The notes under the pieces are model-generated. The model was given only the letters and a program-made list of their open reading frames with translations. It made no database searches and had not been told where the DNA came from. From assembly GCA_934182615.1 (NCBI GenBank), contig CAKPRO010000006.1:4771-68770 (forward strand): a stretch of DNA of 64,000 nucleotides, written 5' to 3'. The position numbers were made by a program, and so were the translations under genes. Shown piece by piece: positions 6,362 through 15,508 of the stretch (its first letter is position 1; each line of letters begins with the position of its first letter). Source of the DNA: an uncultured Bacilli bacterium. GTDB lineage: Bacteria; Bacillota_I; Bacilli_A; RF39; UBA660.

Positions 6362-8092
6362 TTATGAATTTAAAGATTCAGTCTCATAAAGATTTCTATA
6401 TATCTTACAACTATTTAATAATTCCTTATGTGTGCCCGTTGCTATTACCTTACCACCATCAACAACATGAATAATATCAGCATCCATAATCGTAGATAAT
6501 CTATGAGCCACTATTACAATAGTATGATCATTAACTAAATTATCAATAGTCTTCTTAATATAATCTTGAGAATTATTATCTAAAGCTGAAGTAGCTTCAT
6601 CAAATAAAATCACTTCACTACCCTTAGATAAAGTTCTAGCAATAGATAGTCTTTGTTTTTGACCACCAGATAAATTAATACCAGACTCTCCTAATACAGT
6701 ATCATACCCTTTAGGTAAAGACATAATATAATCATCTAAATAAGCCATCTTAGAATATTCTCTTATCTTCTTAAGAGATATATTCTTATTAATTAATTTA
6801 AAATTTTCTTTAATAGTTCTATTAAAAACAAAAGGTTCCTGTCTAATTATTGATATATGTTTTCTTAATTCATCTTCACTTAAGTCTTTAATATTAATAC
6901 CATCTAACAATATCTCCCCACTAGTAGTATCAAATATTCTAGTAATTAAGTTAAATAAAGTACTCTTACCCTGACCAGAAGCTCCTACTACAGCAATCTT
7001 CTTATTAGGTTCAATCTTTAAACTAAAATTATTTAATATATTACCCTCATCAGGATAATTAAAATTAACATCTTTAAATTCAATTACCCCTTTAACATTA
7101 ACTAACTTCTTATTGCCAAACTCTTCATCTTTATATAATCTATTCTCTAATATATCATTTACTCTTGATATAGATACACTAACCTTCTGATATGTCTGAG
7201 TTAAGTCATTAATATTCTCTATTAACCAAGTAAACCTATATACATAATAAGTCATAGCAATAAAAAAAGTTAAACTAATCATCTTATAATATAATAATAT
7301 AACACAAGTAGCAAATACTCCGCATTCTAATATAGATTTTAATAATCTAGTCTTTATATTAAAACTCTTCTGAATATCAATCTCTTTACTAGATTTATTA
7401 TATATATCCTTAATAATACTAGTCATATCACTAATTAAATTATTTTTAATACCTAATGTTTTAATTTCTCTTATACCTCTAATAGACTCCGTAGTTAAAG
7501 AAGTAAACTTATCTTGCTCTTTTCTTCTCTCTTTATGTATATCTTTAAGTAATGGATTATATTTCTTTAATATTAAGAATAATATTGAAACTATAAGTAG
7601 TATTTCTACTCCTACTATCCAAGAATTGATAAAAATATAGATTATGACAATTATTGATGCCACTAGTGATGATATCATATTAAGTAATCTACCAAAAGCA
7701 AAACTTAAAGTATCAGCATCACTTGTTATTCTGTTTATTATTTCTCCTGATGACATCTTTTCATAAGCAACTGAGGGTAAACATAATGCTTTCTTATAAG
7801 TATAAAATCCTAACTTTCTAGTTAACTTACTCTCTTCTTTATATAATATAGAATTAGCATAATGTAGTACTATTCCATCCATTGTTATTTCTAATACAAA
7901 ATATATTCCTAGGAATATTAAGGCATTCTTTATATCAAGTATAGTAATAAACTCTACTACTTTACCATTTAGGTAACCAGTAAAGACCTCACATATTCCA
8001 GATATAAATATTATGATACTTGCAAATATAAGTTTACTTAAATCTTCTTTAACTAATTTTAATAGAGGTTTAAATTCTTTTATACTCTTCAT
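6362..8092 (-). CDS. ABC exporter, fused permease-ATPase (MsbA/multidrug type)
   Basis: 576 aa with an N-terminal 6-TM region. Walker A GASGQGKST, signature LSGGQKQRLSIAR, Walker B ILFDEATSALD. Confidence 0.9.
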   Translation of the reverse strand: MKSIKEFKPLLKLVKEDLSKLIFASIIIFISGICEVFTGYLNGKVVEFITILDIKNALIFLGIYFVLEITMDGIVLHYANSILYKEESKLTRKLGFYTYKKALCLPSVAYEKMSSGEIINRITSDADTLSFAFGRLLNMISSLVASIIVIIYIFINSWIVGVEILLIVSILFLILKKYNPLLKDIHKERRKEQDKFTSLTTESIRGIREIKTLGIKNNLISDMTSIIKDIYNKSSKEIDIQKSFNIKTRLLKSILECGVFATCVILLYYKMISLTFFIAMTYYVYRFTWLIENINDLTQTYQKVSVSISRVNDILENRLYKDEEFGNKKLVNVKGVIEFKDVNFNYPDEGNILNNFSLKIEPNKKIAVVGASGQGKSTLFNLITRIFDTTSGEILLDGINIKDLSEDELRKHISIIRQEPFVFNRTIKENFKLINKNISLKKIREYSKMAYLDDYIMSLPKGYDTVLGESGINLSGGQKQRLSIARTLSKGSEVILFDEATSALDNNSQDYIKKTIDNLVNDHTIVIVAHRLSTIMDADIIHVVDGGKVIATGTHKELLNSCKIYRNLYETESLNS

Positions 8093-8104
8093 ATTTACAC
8101 CTCC

Positions 8105-8138
8105 AAATAAAAGAACTACTTATTTATAAAGTAGTTCC
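8105..8138 (-). terminator. Intrinsic terminator between the leader ORF and the ABC exporter (attenuator candidate)
   Basis: Minus strand has GGAACUACUU-uauaaau-AAGUAGUUC followed by UUUUAUUU, then GGAGGUG and the ATG at 8092. Confidence 0.6.
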
Positions 8139-8167
8139 AATTTAATATAATTAATTATTTTTACTTA

Positions 8168-8263
8168 TTACAAAGTATGTGAAAAACATAGAAGAATCTC
8201 ACTTTTCTTTAAAACTACTCTATCACTATTAAAATCTTTTAAACTTAAAGTCATCATCTTCAT
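8168..8263 (-). CDS. 31-aa leader ORF upstream of the ABC exporter
   Basis: SD GAGAGGAGTG then ATG at 8263. Translation is MKMMTLSLKDFNSDRVVLKKSEILLCFSHTL-stop. It lies between the promoter (8297-8325) and the terminator (8105-8138). Confidence 0.45.
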   Translation of the reverse strand: MKMMTLSLKDFNSDRVVLKKSEILLCFSHTL

Positions 8264-8296
8264 GATTTTCACTCCTCTCTCTTTAAATTCAAATTA

Positions 8297-8325
8297 AATA
8301 TACCATATTATTTTATGTATGTCAA
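8297..8325 (-). promoter_or_regulatory. Sigma-A type promoter with extended -10
   Basis: Minus strand has TTGACA, a 17 nt spacer ending in TGg, then TATATT. Confidence 0.55.
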
Positions 8326-8356
8326 CCTTTTCTTGTTACATTTATTTTTTTATATG

Positions 8357-8413
8357 CCACTTCAGCCTATGGTCTTCCGTGGTATGATGAAGCCTACTTT
8401 AATCTTCATCATA
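8357..8413 (-). repeat. Twin-hairpin intergenic repeat, copy 4
   Basis: Minus strand reads UAUGAUGAAGAUU-aaagu-AGGCUUCAUCAUACC-ACGGAAGACC-aua-GGCUGAAGUGG. It overlaps the last codons and stop of the 8362-9270 ORF. Confidence 0.8.
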
Positions 8414-9270
8414 ACATTTTTTAGTTTATCTAATAATTCTTCTAATATATTATTATCTACTATCTTAGTAATAGCAAAACACTTTTTACCTAAATCTTTA
8501 AATGAAGCACCAGAATGATATAACACTTTATTATCTATTATAACAAACCTATCATGAAATATATTAGTATTTATTATTTCTATATTACTATATTGTTTTT
8601 CATACTTATCTTTAGAAATATTATCTATATTTTCTGTATATATTTTTACTTTAACATTAATATTTCTAATAATATCAAATAATTTTTTACCAGCATAATT
8701 ATCTATTATAATTATTTCTTTCTTTGCTTTAGATAATATATCTATAAGTAATGAATATGCATCATATATCTGTCCTTCATAAAAAATATGATTATTACTT
8801 TCTTTTGAAGTTAATTTATCTAGTATTAAATTAATTTTACTATCGTGTTCTAATACTAATTTGTTAATATATTTTTGTTCTATCAGTGAAGTATTTATTA
8901 TCTTTTTCATTACTACGAATGCATCCATTATTGCAATTGTTATCTTCGTTGCTTCTTTACTTTTTAAGATTGTAGCAAGCATATATACACCTTGCTCGGT
9001 AAAAACTCTGGGATTTTTATACTTACCTCCATGTTTTTCTATTTTTTGGTCGAAAATTTCGACCAAAAGATTATCACTTTCGTTATCGGAAAGTTTAAAG
9101 CAATATCTTTCGGGAAACTTTTCTATATTATTTTTAACTGCTTCATTTATTCTTTTTGTTTCTACATTATAGAGTTTAGCCAAATCAGAATCTAACATTA
9201 CTTTTTTACCTCTAATTTCATATATCATATTTTCTATCTTTATATTATTGCTTACCATTATATTGTTCAT
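8362..9270 (-). CDS. ORF6N (KilA-N-like) domain protein
   Basis: N-terminus IENMIYEIRGKKVMLDSDLAKLYNVETKRINEAVKNNIEKFPERYCFKL is typical of the ORF6N domain. Likely start is MNNIMVSNN at 9270. The C-terminal ~17 aa are encoded by the repeat element. Confidence 0.7.
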   Translation of the reverse strand: MNNIMVSNNIKIENMIYEIRGKKVMLDSDLAKLYNVETKRINEAVKNNIEKFPERYCFKLSDNESDNLLVEIFDQKIEKHGGKYKNPRVFTEQGVYMLATILKSKEATKITIAIMDAFVVMKKIINTSLIEQKYINKLVLEHDSKINLILDKLTSKESNNHIFYEGQIYDAYSLLIDILSKAKKEIIIIDNYAGKKLFDIIRNINVKVKIYTENIDNISKDKYEKQYSNIEIINTNIFHDRFVIIDNKVLYHSGASFKDLGKKCFAITKIVDNNILEELLDKLKNVMMKIKVGFIIPRKTIG

Positions 9271-9370
9271 TATATCATCCTTTCTTTGATCTCTAAAAAG
9301 ATATATCTCTTTTATCATTGTCTTATCGTTTATGATAATATAAATACATAATGATGTCAATATAAAAATA

Positions 9371-9877
9371 CTATTTGTTAATTAACTTCTTTACATAAAT
9401 ATTCCTTGGACCCCTTTTAAAACTTCTACTACCAGTTAAAATAAAACCATCTTTAATTAAATTATTAATAGAATATATATTATCTGGATGAATAGTCCCA
9501 ATAGCAATCTTATAACCTTTACTTTTAACATATTCATCTAGATATTTTAACATTTGATACTGAAGATTATTACCAACATACTTAGGATTAACAAACATTG
9601 GTCCATAATCAATAACTTCTTTATAATCTAAATCTAAATCAAATTTTATCATATCTTCTTCATTAGAAGGAATACTCATCATAGAACATACAAAGTCATT
9701 ATTTAAATAATATAACCATATTTTGGTTCCATTATCAAGTAATTCTTTTAAATCTTCCTTAGTAAAGTCTCCTAACCACTCAGGATACTGCATATTACTT
9801 TTAGTATATTCACGATATTCTATATATTTATCTAAATTAATATTATTATCTACACACTTTAAATCTTCTAACTTCAT
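9371..9877 (-). CDS. GNAT-fold acetyltransferase (divergent)
   Basis: 168 aa. C-terminal half has VGNNLQYQMLKYLDEYVKSKGYKIAIGTIHPDNIYSINNLIKDGF. Confidence 0.55.
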   Translation of the reverse strand: MKLEDLKCVDNNINLDKYIEYREYTKSNMQYPEWLGDFTKEDLKELLDNGTKIWLYYLNNDFVCSMMSIPSNEEDMIKFDLDLDYKEVIDYGPMFVNPKYVGNNLQYQMLKYLDEYVKSKGYKIAIGTIHPDNIYSINNLIKDGFILTGSRSFKRGPRNIYVKKLINK

Positions 9878-9886
9878 AACATTACC

Positions 9887-10372
9887 TCAATTTATTTTCT
9901 TAATATCAATTAAACCTCTAGTATGATAACCATGTTTTTCGTAGAAGTTAATTCCCATTTTATTGTAGGCAAATACTTCAATAGAAATATATTCACATCC
10001 TATACTTTTAAAATACTTTTCTATCCTATTTATAAGTAAAGTACCAATACCACTACTTCTTACTTTCTTAGATACTACTAACTCTGTTACTTCACCACAT
10101 TTAGGACATTTATAATCTAAATAATCATATTCATCATAACACCTTAAACATCCCATTATTAAACCTACTACTTCATCATTATCTATTGCTAGATAACATT
10201 TGCCATTATTATTTTTTATTTCTTCTAAATCTAACATAGCCATCTTATCACGATATTCAGGATGTAACTGATCTAGATTATCTTCATCAATACTAAGAAT
10301 ATATTCTTCTAGTTCTACTAGTAAATCTTTTACATCTTCTAAATATCTATCTTCATATTCAATTATTTTCAT
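9887..10372 (-). CDS. GNAT N-acetyltransferase with an inserted Cys4-like segment
   Basis: Motif VRSSGIGTLLINRIEKYFKSIGCEYISIEVFAYNKMGINFYEKHGY. Insert is CLRCYDEYDYLDYKCPKCG. Confidence 0.75.
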   Translation of the reverse strand: MKIIEYEDRYLEDVKDLLVELEEYILSIDEDNLDQLHPEYRDKMAMLDLEEIKNNNGKCYLAIDNDEVVGLIMGCLRCYDEYDYLDYKCPKCGEVTELVVSKKVRSSGIGTLLINRIEKYFKSIGCEYISIEVFAYNKMGINFYEKHGYHTRGLIDIKKIN

Positions 10373-10385
10373 TATACCTCCTTTT

Positions 10386-10442
10386 CCACTTCAGCCAGTA
10401 GTCTTCCGTGGTATGATAAAGCCTATTCTAGTCTCTATCATA
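10386..10442 (-). repeat. Twin-hairpin intergenic repeat, copy 5
   Basis: Minus strand reads UAUGAUAGAGACU-agaau-AGGCUUUAUCAUACC-ACGGAAGACU-acu-GGCUGAAGUGG. The upstream stop TGA (10438-10440) lies inside the conserved UAUGA. It is followed by AAAAGGAGG and the ATG at 10372. Confidence 0.85.
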
Positions 10443-10932
10443 AAATCTTATTTATTATTTTTATACTTATCTTTTTATCATTAACATAATAATGAATATC
10501 ATTATCATTAATATTCTTCAAATATATACTTCTTCCTATTGGACTATTTAAAGATACCTCTTTAATTTTAACATTATTATCTATCATATATTTACCAGTT
10601 AATTTAATAGTATATTCTTCGATATCATCTATATCATATATAACTTTTATTTTAAGAATATCTCCTACATCTATTATATCATCAAAATTACTTTTTTTAT
10701 CTACTATTTTTAAATATTTTTCATCCTCTAACATTTTATTTATTCTTGAAGCAATCTTTCTACTTTCCCTCATTGTATCTTCAAAAGCAAAATTATCATG
10801 CCATCCATCTCCTACTGCATCAGCATAGGATTCACTTCCTATGCTGGCAATAGATAAACTTATATCTTTTAATCTATTTAATTCTTCATAATACTGATTA
10901 AATCCATCAGTATCTACTAATACATCTTTCAT
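10438..10932 (-). CDS. GreA/GreB-family-like protein
   Basis: The C-terminal segment EVSLNSPIGRSIYLKNINDND resembles the GreA C-terminal domain (IS..SPLG.ALLGK). The N-terminal DGWHDNFAFEDTMRE is coiled-coil-like. Confidence 0.5.
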   Translation of the reverse strand: MKDVLVDTDGFNQYYEELNRLKDISLSIASIGSESYADAVGDGWHDNFAFEDTMRESRKIASRINKMLEDEKYLKIVDKKSNFDDIIDVGDILKIKVIYDIDDIEEYTIKLTGKYMIDNNVKIKEVSLNSPIGRSIYLKNINDNDIHYYVNDKKISIKIINKIL

Positions 10933-10941
10933 AAACACCTC

Positions 10942-11721
10942 CTATGAACCTGTACTACTATAATGTTTTAAACCTATTTTAAAAGATAGAAAACATGGTA
11001 TTAAATATACTACTATTAATAATGGTGATAATAAATATAATGTATTATTAGATTTTCCTAATAAATAAAGTAAAGGATAATAATTAACTGAAGCATATGG
11101 AATAATAAAAGTAAATATAAATATAAAACCTTTTCTAAATATTCCTATTGGATACTGAGCCATTTGTTTACCACCATCAGTTAATAAATTTCTTACTTCT
11201 AAGCCATGAATAGTAATAAAACAGTATGAAGCCATTAACAAGAATATTCCAAAGAATAATATTATTGAAGATAGAAACATTGCTATTATTAATAATATAT
11301 TTATAATATTCCATTCTATATTTAAATGAATTATAGCAATAAAGAATATTATTAACGATTGAATAATTCTAGCTACTTTTACAAAATCCATTTCACTACA
11401 TATTACTTGATATAATACCCCTCTAGGTCTTACTAATAGTCTATCTAAAGAACCATCAATAATAAACTTTTCAAACTTATCTACTCCTCTAAAGAATGTT
11501 TCATTAAAAGCAAAGCCAAAATGAATAATAGAAAAACATAATAGTACTTCATATAAAGTAAAACCTTTAATATTATCAAATCTTTGAAATAAAGCTACTG
11601 TCATAAAATAATAAGTAAAAAATACTCCTATTTGGCTAATAAAAGTCAAGATAAATGATAGACGATATTCTAACTGTGATTTTAATTTAAGTTTCATTGA
11701 TTCTATATATAACTTAACCAC
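10942..11721 (-). CDS. ABC-2 type transporter permease
   Basis: 259 aa polytopic membrane protein. It overlaps the next permease gene and sits in an operon with the ATPase. Confidence 0.65.
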   Translation of the reverse strand: MVKLYIESMKLKLKSQLEYRLSFILTFISQIGVFFTYYFMTVALFQRFDNIKGFTLYEVLLCFSIIHFGFAFNETFFRGVDKFEKFIIDGSLDRLLVRPRGVLYQVICSEMDFVKVARIIQSLIIFFIAIIHLNIEWNIINILLIIAMFLSSIILFFGIFLLMASYCFITIHGLEVRNLLTDGGKQMAQYPIGIFRKGFIFIFTFIIPYASVNYYPLLYLLGKSNNTLYLLSPLLIVVYLIPCFLSFKIGLKHYSSTGS

Positions 11722-12514
11722 CTTGTATCACAGCCTTTCTAAGTGATACTCTTGATATTAAGTATCCTAATGATATTGTAATAATTATCCAAATAATAGA
11801 ACCAATAATAAGGATATATCCTTCTTCTAATGGTATACTATTAGAATATATTCTAAAGGGAAAGTCTCCAATAAACCTAAAAGGAAGAAATTCCGCTATA
11901 TGTTTTAACCATGTTGGAAAAAATGGTATCGGAACCGTTCCACCCATAAATATATCTGCAATTACACTATAAGCAGTCATAGACCCCTTTTCATCTAAAG
12001 TAAACATTGTTAAAATATGCATAAATAAATTTAAAGCTGTAACTAAGAATAATCCTAATACTAATGCTACTATAAATATTATAAAATTATTTATCGAATA
12101 AGGACCAGATAAATGAAATGGTTCTGGTAATGATATAGCAAGAATTATTAAAGGAACAAATCTAAGTAAAACTGCTACTAACCTTTTAGCTAGCATCTTA
12201 ACATACCATTTAAAATAAAAATCTTGAGGTCTTACTAATTCATAAGCTAAATTACCATTTTTAATCATATCAAGTAATTCGTTTTCTCTATCAAAGGGAT
12301 ATATTAGGGCAAAAAATGATTGCTGAAGCCATAAGTAATTAACAAGTTCTTGCCAGTTCATTGGTACATTACCACCACTTTCGTAGAAGGCTAAATATAC
12401 CATAATAAATATTAAAGCAAAGAATATTTGAGTACATATACCCGCTATTGCTTCCATTCGATATTGAAGATTAGTTATAAATCTTAATCTAAAATAACTT
12501 AAATATGATTTCAT
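11714..12514 (-). CDS. ABC-2 type transporter permease
   Basis: 266 aa polytopic membrane protein. It overlaps the stop of the ATPase gene. Confidence 0.65.
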   Translation of the reverse strand: MKSYLSYFRLRFITNLQYRMEAIAGICTQIFFALIFIMVYLAFYESGGNVPMNWQELVNYLWLQQSFFALIYPFDRENELLDMIKNGNLAYELVRPQDFYFKWYVKMLAKRLVAVLLRFVPLIILAISLPEPFHLSGPYSINNFIIFIVALVLGLFLVTALNLFMHILTMFTLDEKGSMTAYSVIADIFMGGTVPIPFFPTWLKHIAEFLPFRFIGDFPFRIYSNSIPLEEGYILIIGSIIWIIITISLGYLISRVSLRKAVIQGG

Positions 12515-13494
12515 AATTCATAGTCCTCATATAATTTAAGTATTACATCATCAATACTTTCATTATCTATTTCAATATCTTCAATATTATATTTAGTAGT
12601 AAGTTTACTTAAGAAATTAGATATACTTATTATATTAGAATCAATTATAAAATTATAACTATCTTCCTTCTTACATTTCTTTATAACACCTTTTACTTTA
12701 ATATTATCAATTTTATCCTTAGTAAATATCTTAATATTTTTATAACTACCATATTTAACTTTTAATGTTTTAATATTTCCATCATATAGTATCTTTCCAT
12801 TACCAATTAAGATAATTCTCTTAGCCAGTGCTTCAATATCATTCATATCATGAGTAGTAAGAATTACTGTTACTTTATTTTCTTTATTTATCTTTTTAAT
12901 AAAGTCTCTTACTATCTTTTTGGATATAGCATCTAATCCTATTGTAGGTTCATCTAAGAATAATATTTCTGGTTTATGTAGAAGAGATGATGCTATTTCA
13001 CACCTCATTCTCTCTCCTAAAGAAAGCGTTCTAACCGGTTTTTTTATTATTTCTTCAATACCTAAAAGTTCTACTAAATATTTCTTTGTCTTTTGATATT
13101 CATTATTATCTATTTTATAGATATCTCTTAACAAGTCAAAAGTGTCTTCCGCTGGGATATCAAAAGCAAGCTGACTTCTTTGACCAAAGACTACTCCTAT
13201 CTTAGATACATATTTTTTTCTATCTTTAATAGGATCTAAATTATTTATTTTAATGCTTCCACTAGTAGGAAGAAGTATTCCTGAAAGCATCTTAATTGTG
13301 GTACTCTTTCCGGCACCATTTGGACCAATATAACCAATTACTTCTCCTTTCTTTATTTCAAAAGATACATTTTTTACTGCTTCTACTATTTTGTATTCTC
13401 TTTTGAAAAATGATTTTAAAGCAGCTTTTAGTCCACTATTTCTTTTGGCTACTTTAAAAGTTTTTGTTATGTTATCAACTTTGATGAATGACAT
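12511..13494 (-). CDS. ABC transporter ATP-binding protein
   Basis: Walker A GPNGAGKSTT, signature LSLGERMRCEIASS, Walker B ILFLDEPTIGLD. Likely start is MSFIKVDNITK at 13494. Confidence 0.9.
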   Translation of the reverse strand: MSFIKVDNITKTFKVAKRNSGLKAALKSFFKREYKIVEAVKNVSFEIKKGEVIGYIGPNGAGKSTTIKMLSGILLPTSGSIKINNLDPIKDRKKYVSKIGVVFGQRSQLAFDIPAEDTFDLLRDIYKIDNNEYQKTKKYLVELLGIEEIIKKPVRTLSLGERMRCEIASSLLHKPEILFLDEPTIGLDAISKKIVRDFIKKINKENKVTVILTTHDMNDIEALAKRIILIGNGKILYDGNIKTLKVKYGSYKNIKIFTKDKIDNIKVKGVIKKCKKEDSYNFIIDSNIISISNFLSKLTTKYNIEDIEIDNESIDDVILKLYEDYEL

Positions 13495-13521
13495 TTTAAT
13501 ATCACATCCTTTCTGACAACG

Positions 13522-13550
13522 CAAAAAAGCCACATATTTCAAATATGTAG
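13522..13550 (-). terminator. Terminator-like hairpin in the leader of the ABC-2 operon (attenuator candidate)
   Basis: Minus strand has CUACAUAUUU-g-AAAUAUGUGG followed by CUUUUUUG. It lies between the promoter at 13601-13629 and the ATG at 13494. Confidence 0.5.
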
Positions 13551-13600
13551 TTTCATCGTGCAATTAAATATATGTTTTTTTCTTCGCAAATGTCATAATA

Positions 13601-13629
13601 AATATATAATATTTAAAATACTTTGTCAA
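13601..13629 (-). promoter_or_regulatory. Sigma-A type promoter
   Basis: Minus strand has TTGACA, a 17 nt spacer, then TATATT. Confidence 0.55.
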
Positions 13630-13639
13630 TGGTTTTATA

Positions 13640-14887
13640 TTAATTTTTACTTAATAGTTTTTCTAATGGTTTAAACTCAGTAGATTCTTCTAATTTTTCT
13701 TCATAATATTTACCATCTTGGTAGAAGCCTCTCAAAGCATATGCTTCTTTAATATTATGAGCCTTTACTTCACTAGTAATTATTCTATATTCATTATCTA
13801 CTATCTCAATACAAGAACAATTACTTAACATTATACCTACTTTATCTTTATTTTTTAATTCTTCTTTAGTAGATTCATATCTTCCATTTTCATCAGTATG
13901 AGGGGTAATGTAAGCATCAATAAAATTTAGACAATCTACACTACTAAAAGTTACATCATTATCACTAGTTACCGAGTCTGAATTACAAGAATTAAACCAG
14001 CACACTGCTCCAGCAGATACTCCACATAATACTTTACCATCATTATATGCATCAAGTAATAATTTATCAAATCCTGTTTTCTTCCATAAATTAATCATCT
14101 CTAAAGTATCACCGCCACCTTCATAAATAATATCAGCCCATGCTATTTTTTCCTTTACTACTTCCATATCATCTAGTTCAGTACTTTTTAAATTTCTACA
14201 CCTACAGCCAAACATATCACCATATATTTTTTTCATCGTTTCAAAATAACCCTCTTCGATAGCATTATTAAATGGTTGTGCATGAACCACAAATAAATAA
14301 TTAGGGTTTTCTTTACCTGTTAATCTTATTATTTCCTTATCCATAGGTTCAGTTTCATATTCACGATATTTACCATTACCTAAATATCTACCATTTTCTT
14401 TCCAAACATCAGTTAATTGTTTTCTATTTTGAATAGCTTTCATTCTCTTTGCTATCCAGTTTTCATCATAGCCTTTTGACCTATATAAATCTATAGATCT
14501 TTGCATAGCAATTGATGGATCAAATACCTCATCAATTCTCTCACTACCTAACTTAGCTAACCATTGCTTTATAGGCTCAGCATTCTTACTAGGAATAGAT
14601 TCTATTATTCTAAACATTCCTTCAATATCAGTAACATCCGTCATACGATATTTACCATCAGTAGCCTTAAGTTTCAACTGTCCGATTTTTTCGGACACTT
14701 CACTTCCTTCCGAAGTTAATTGTTTCTTTAAGTCACTCCAGTATTTTCTGGGTCTAGCACTTCCAGTTAATACTTCAATAATATCAATAATACTAACATA
14801 ATATTTCTCACTTTCTTTATTCCAAACAGTTCTAACTTTCTTATCATTAAATATTTTGTTAATCAAATATAATTTGTCTTTTTCCAT
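13640..14887 (-). CDS. Fusion protein: Bro-N/DinD-like N-terminal domain plus peptidase S51 C-terminal domain
   Basis: N-terminus KKVRTVWNKESEKYYVSIIDIIEVLTGSARPRKYWSDLKKQL...AEPIKQWLAKLGSERIDE is DinD/Bro-N-like. C-terminus has GGGDTLEM, GVSAGAVCW and ITPHTD (S51 motifs). Likely start is MEKDKLY at 14887. Confidence 0.7.
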   Translation of the reverse strand: MEKDKLYLINKIFNDKKVRTVWNKESEKYYVSIIDIIEVLTGSARPRKYWSDLKKQLTSEGSEVSEKIGQLKLKATDGKYRMTDVTDIEGMFRIIESIPSKNAEPIKQWLAKLGSERIDEVFDPSIAMQRSIDLYRSKGYDENWIAKRMKAIQNRKQLTDVWKENGRYLGNGKYREYETEPMDKEIIRLTGKENPNYLFVVHAQPFNNAIEEGYFETMKKIYGDMFGCRCRNLKSTELDDMEVVKEKIAWADIIYEGGGDTLEMINLWKKTGFDKLLLDAYNDGKVLCGVSAGAVCWFNSCNSDSVTSDNDVTFSSVDCLNFIDAYITPHTDENGRYESTKEELKNKDKVGIMLSNCSCIEIVDNEYRIITSEVKAHNIKEAYALRGFYQDGKYYEEKLEESTEFKPLEKLLSKN

Positions 14888-14995
14888 ATAACCCTCCTCT
14901 TTTCTTACATTCCCAATATAACACATATAAAATATCTAAGTCAATGAATTTTAATACATTTCTTGGTAATATTTTTACCAAAAAGAAAAAGTACT

Positions 14996-15508
14996 CTATG
15001 AGTACTTATTTCCTAAAATAAATTCATATACACATTCAGTTATATCAATACCATGTATATTAGAATGCTCTAACTCTACTACTTTACCACCTATCTTTTG
15101 ATAAAATTCATTAGCAGTATTCTCTTTTAGACATCTAATAATAACCCTTTTATATCCATCTTTTTTAAATATGTCAAAACAATATTTAATAAGTTTAGTT
15201 CCATAACCCTTTTTCTGATTATTATCTTCTATATAGATAGAATATATTTCTTTATAGTCCTTATACTTATCTCCTCTTGCGTCTCCGTAGCAGATAAATG
15301 CCTTAACCATATTATCTTCTTCTAGAAGAGCATAATTAGAACTACCTTTCCTTATAGCATTCTTAATATTTTCTACTCTAGTATTATATTCACTTTCTTG
15401 TTTATCAAATACTTCTTTTGGGAAAACATTACTATAAGTACTTCGCCAAGAATTTAAATGTATTCTAACTATTCTTGCAGCATCACTTGTATTAGCTTCT
15501 CTAATCAT
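14996..15508 (-). CDS. GNAT N-acetyltransferase
   Basis: 170 aa. Motif NQKKGYGTKLIKYCFDIFKKDGYKRVIIRCLKENTANEFYQKIGG. Confidence 0.8.
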   Translation of the reverse strand: MIREANTSDAARIVRIHLNSWRSTYSNVFPKEVFDKQESEYNTRVENIKNAIRKGSSNYALLEEDNMVKAFICYGDARGDKYKDYKEIYSIYIEDNNQKKGYGTKLIKYCFDIFKKDGYKRVIIRCLKENTANEFYQKIGGKVVELEHSNIHGIDITECVYEFILGNKYS

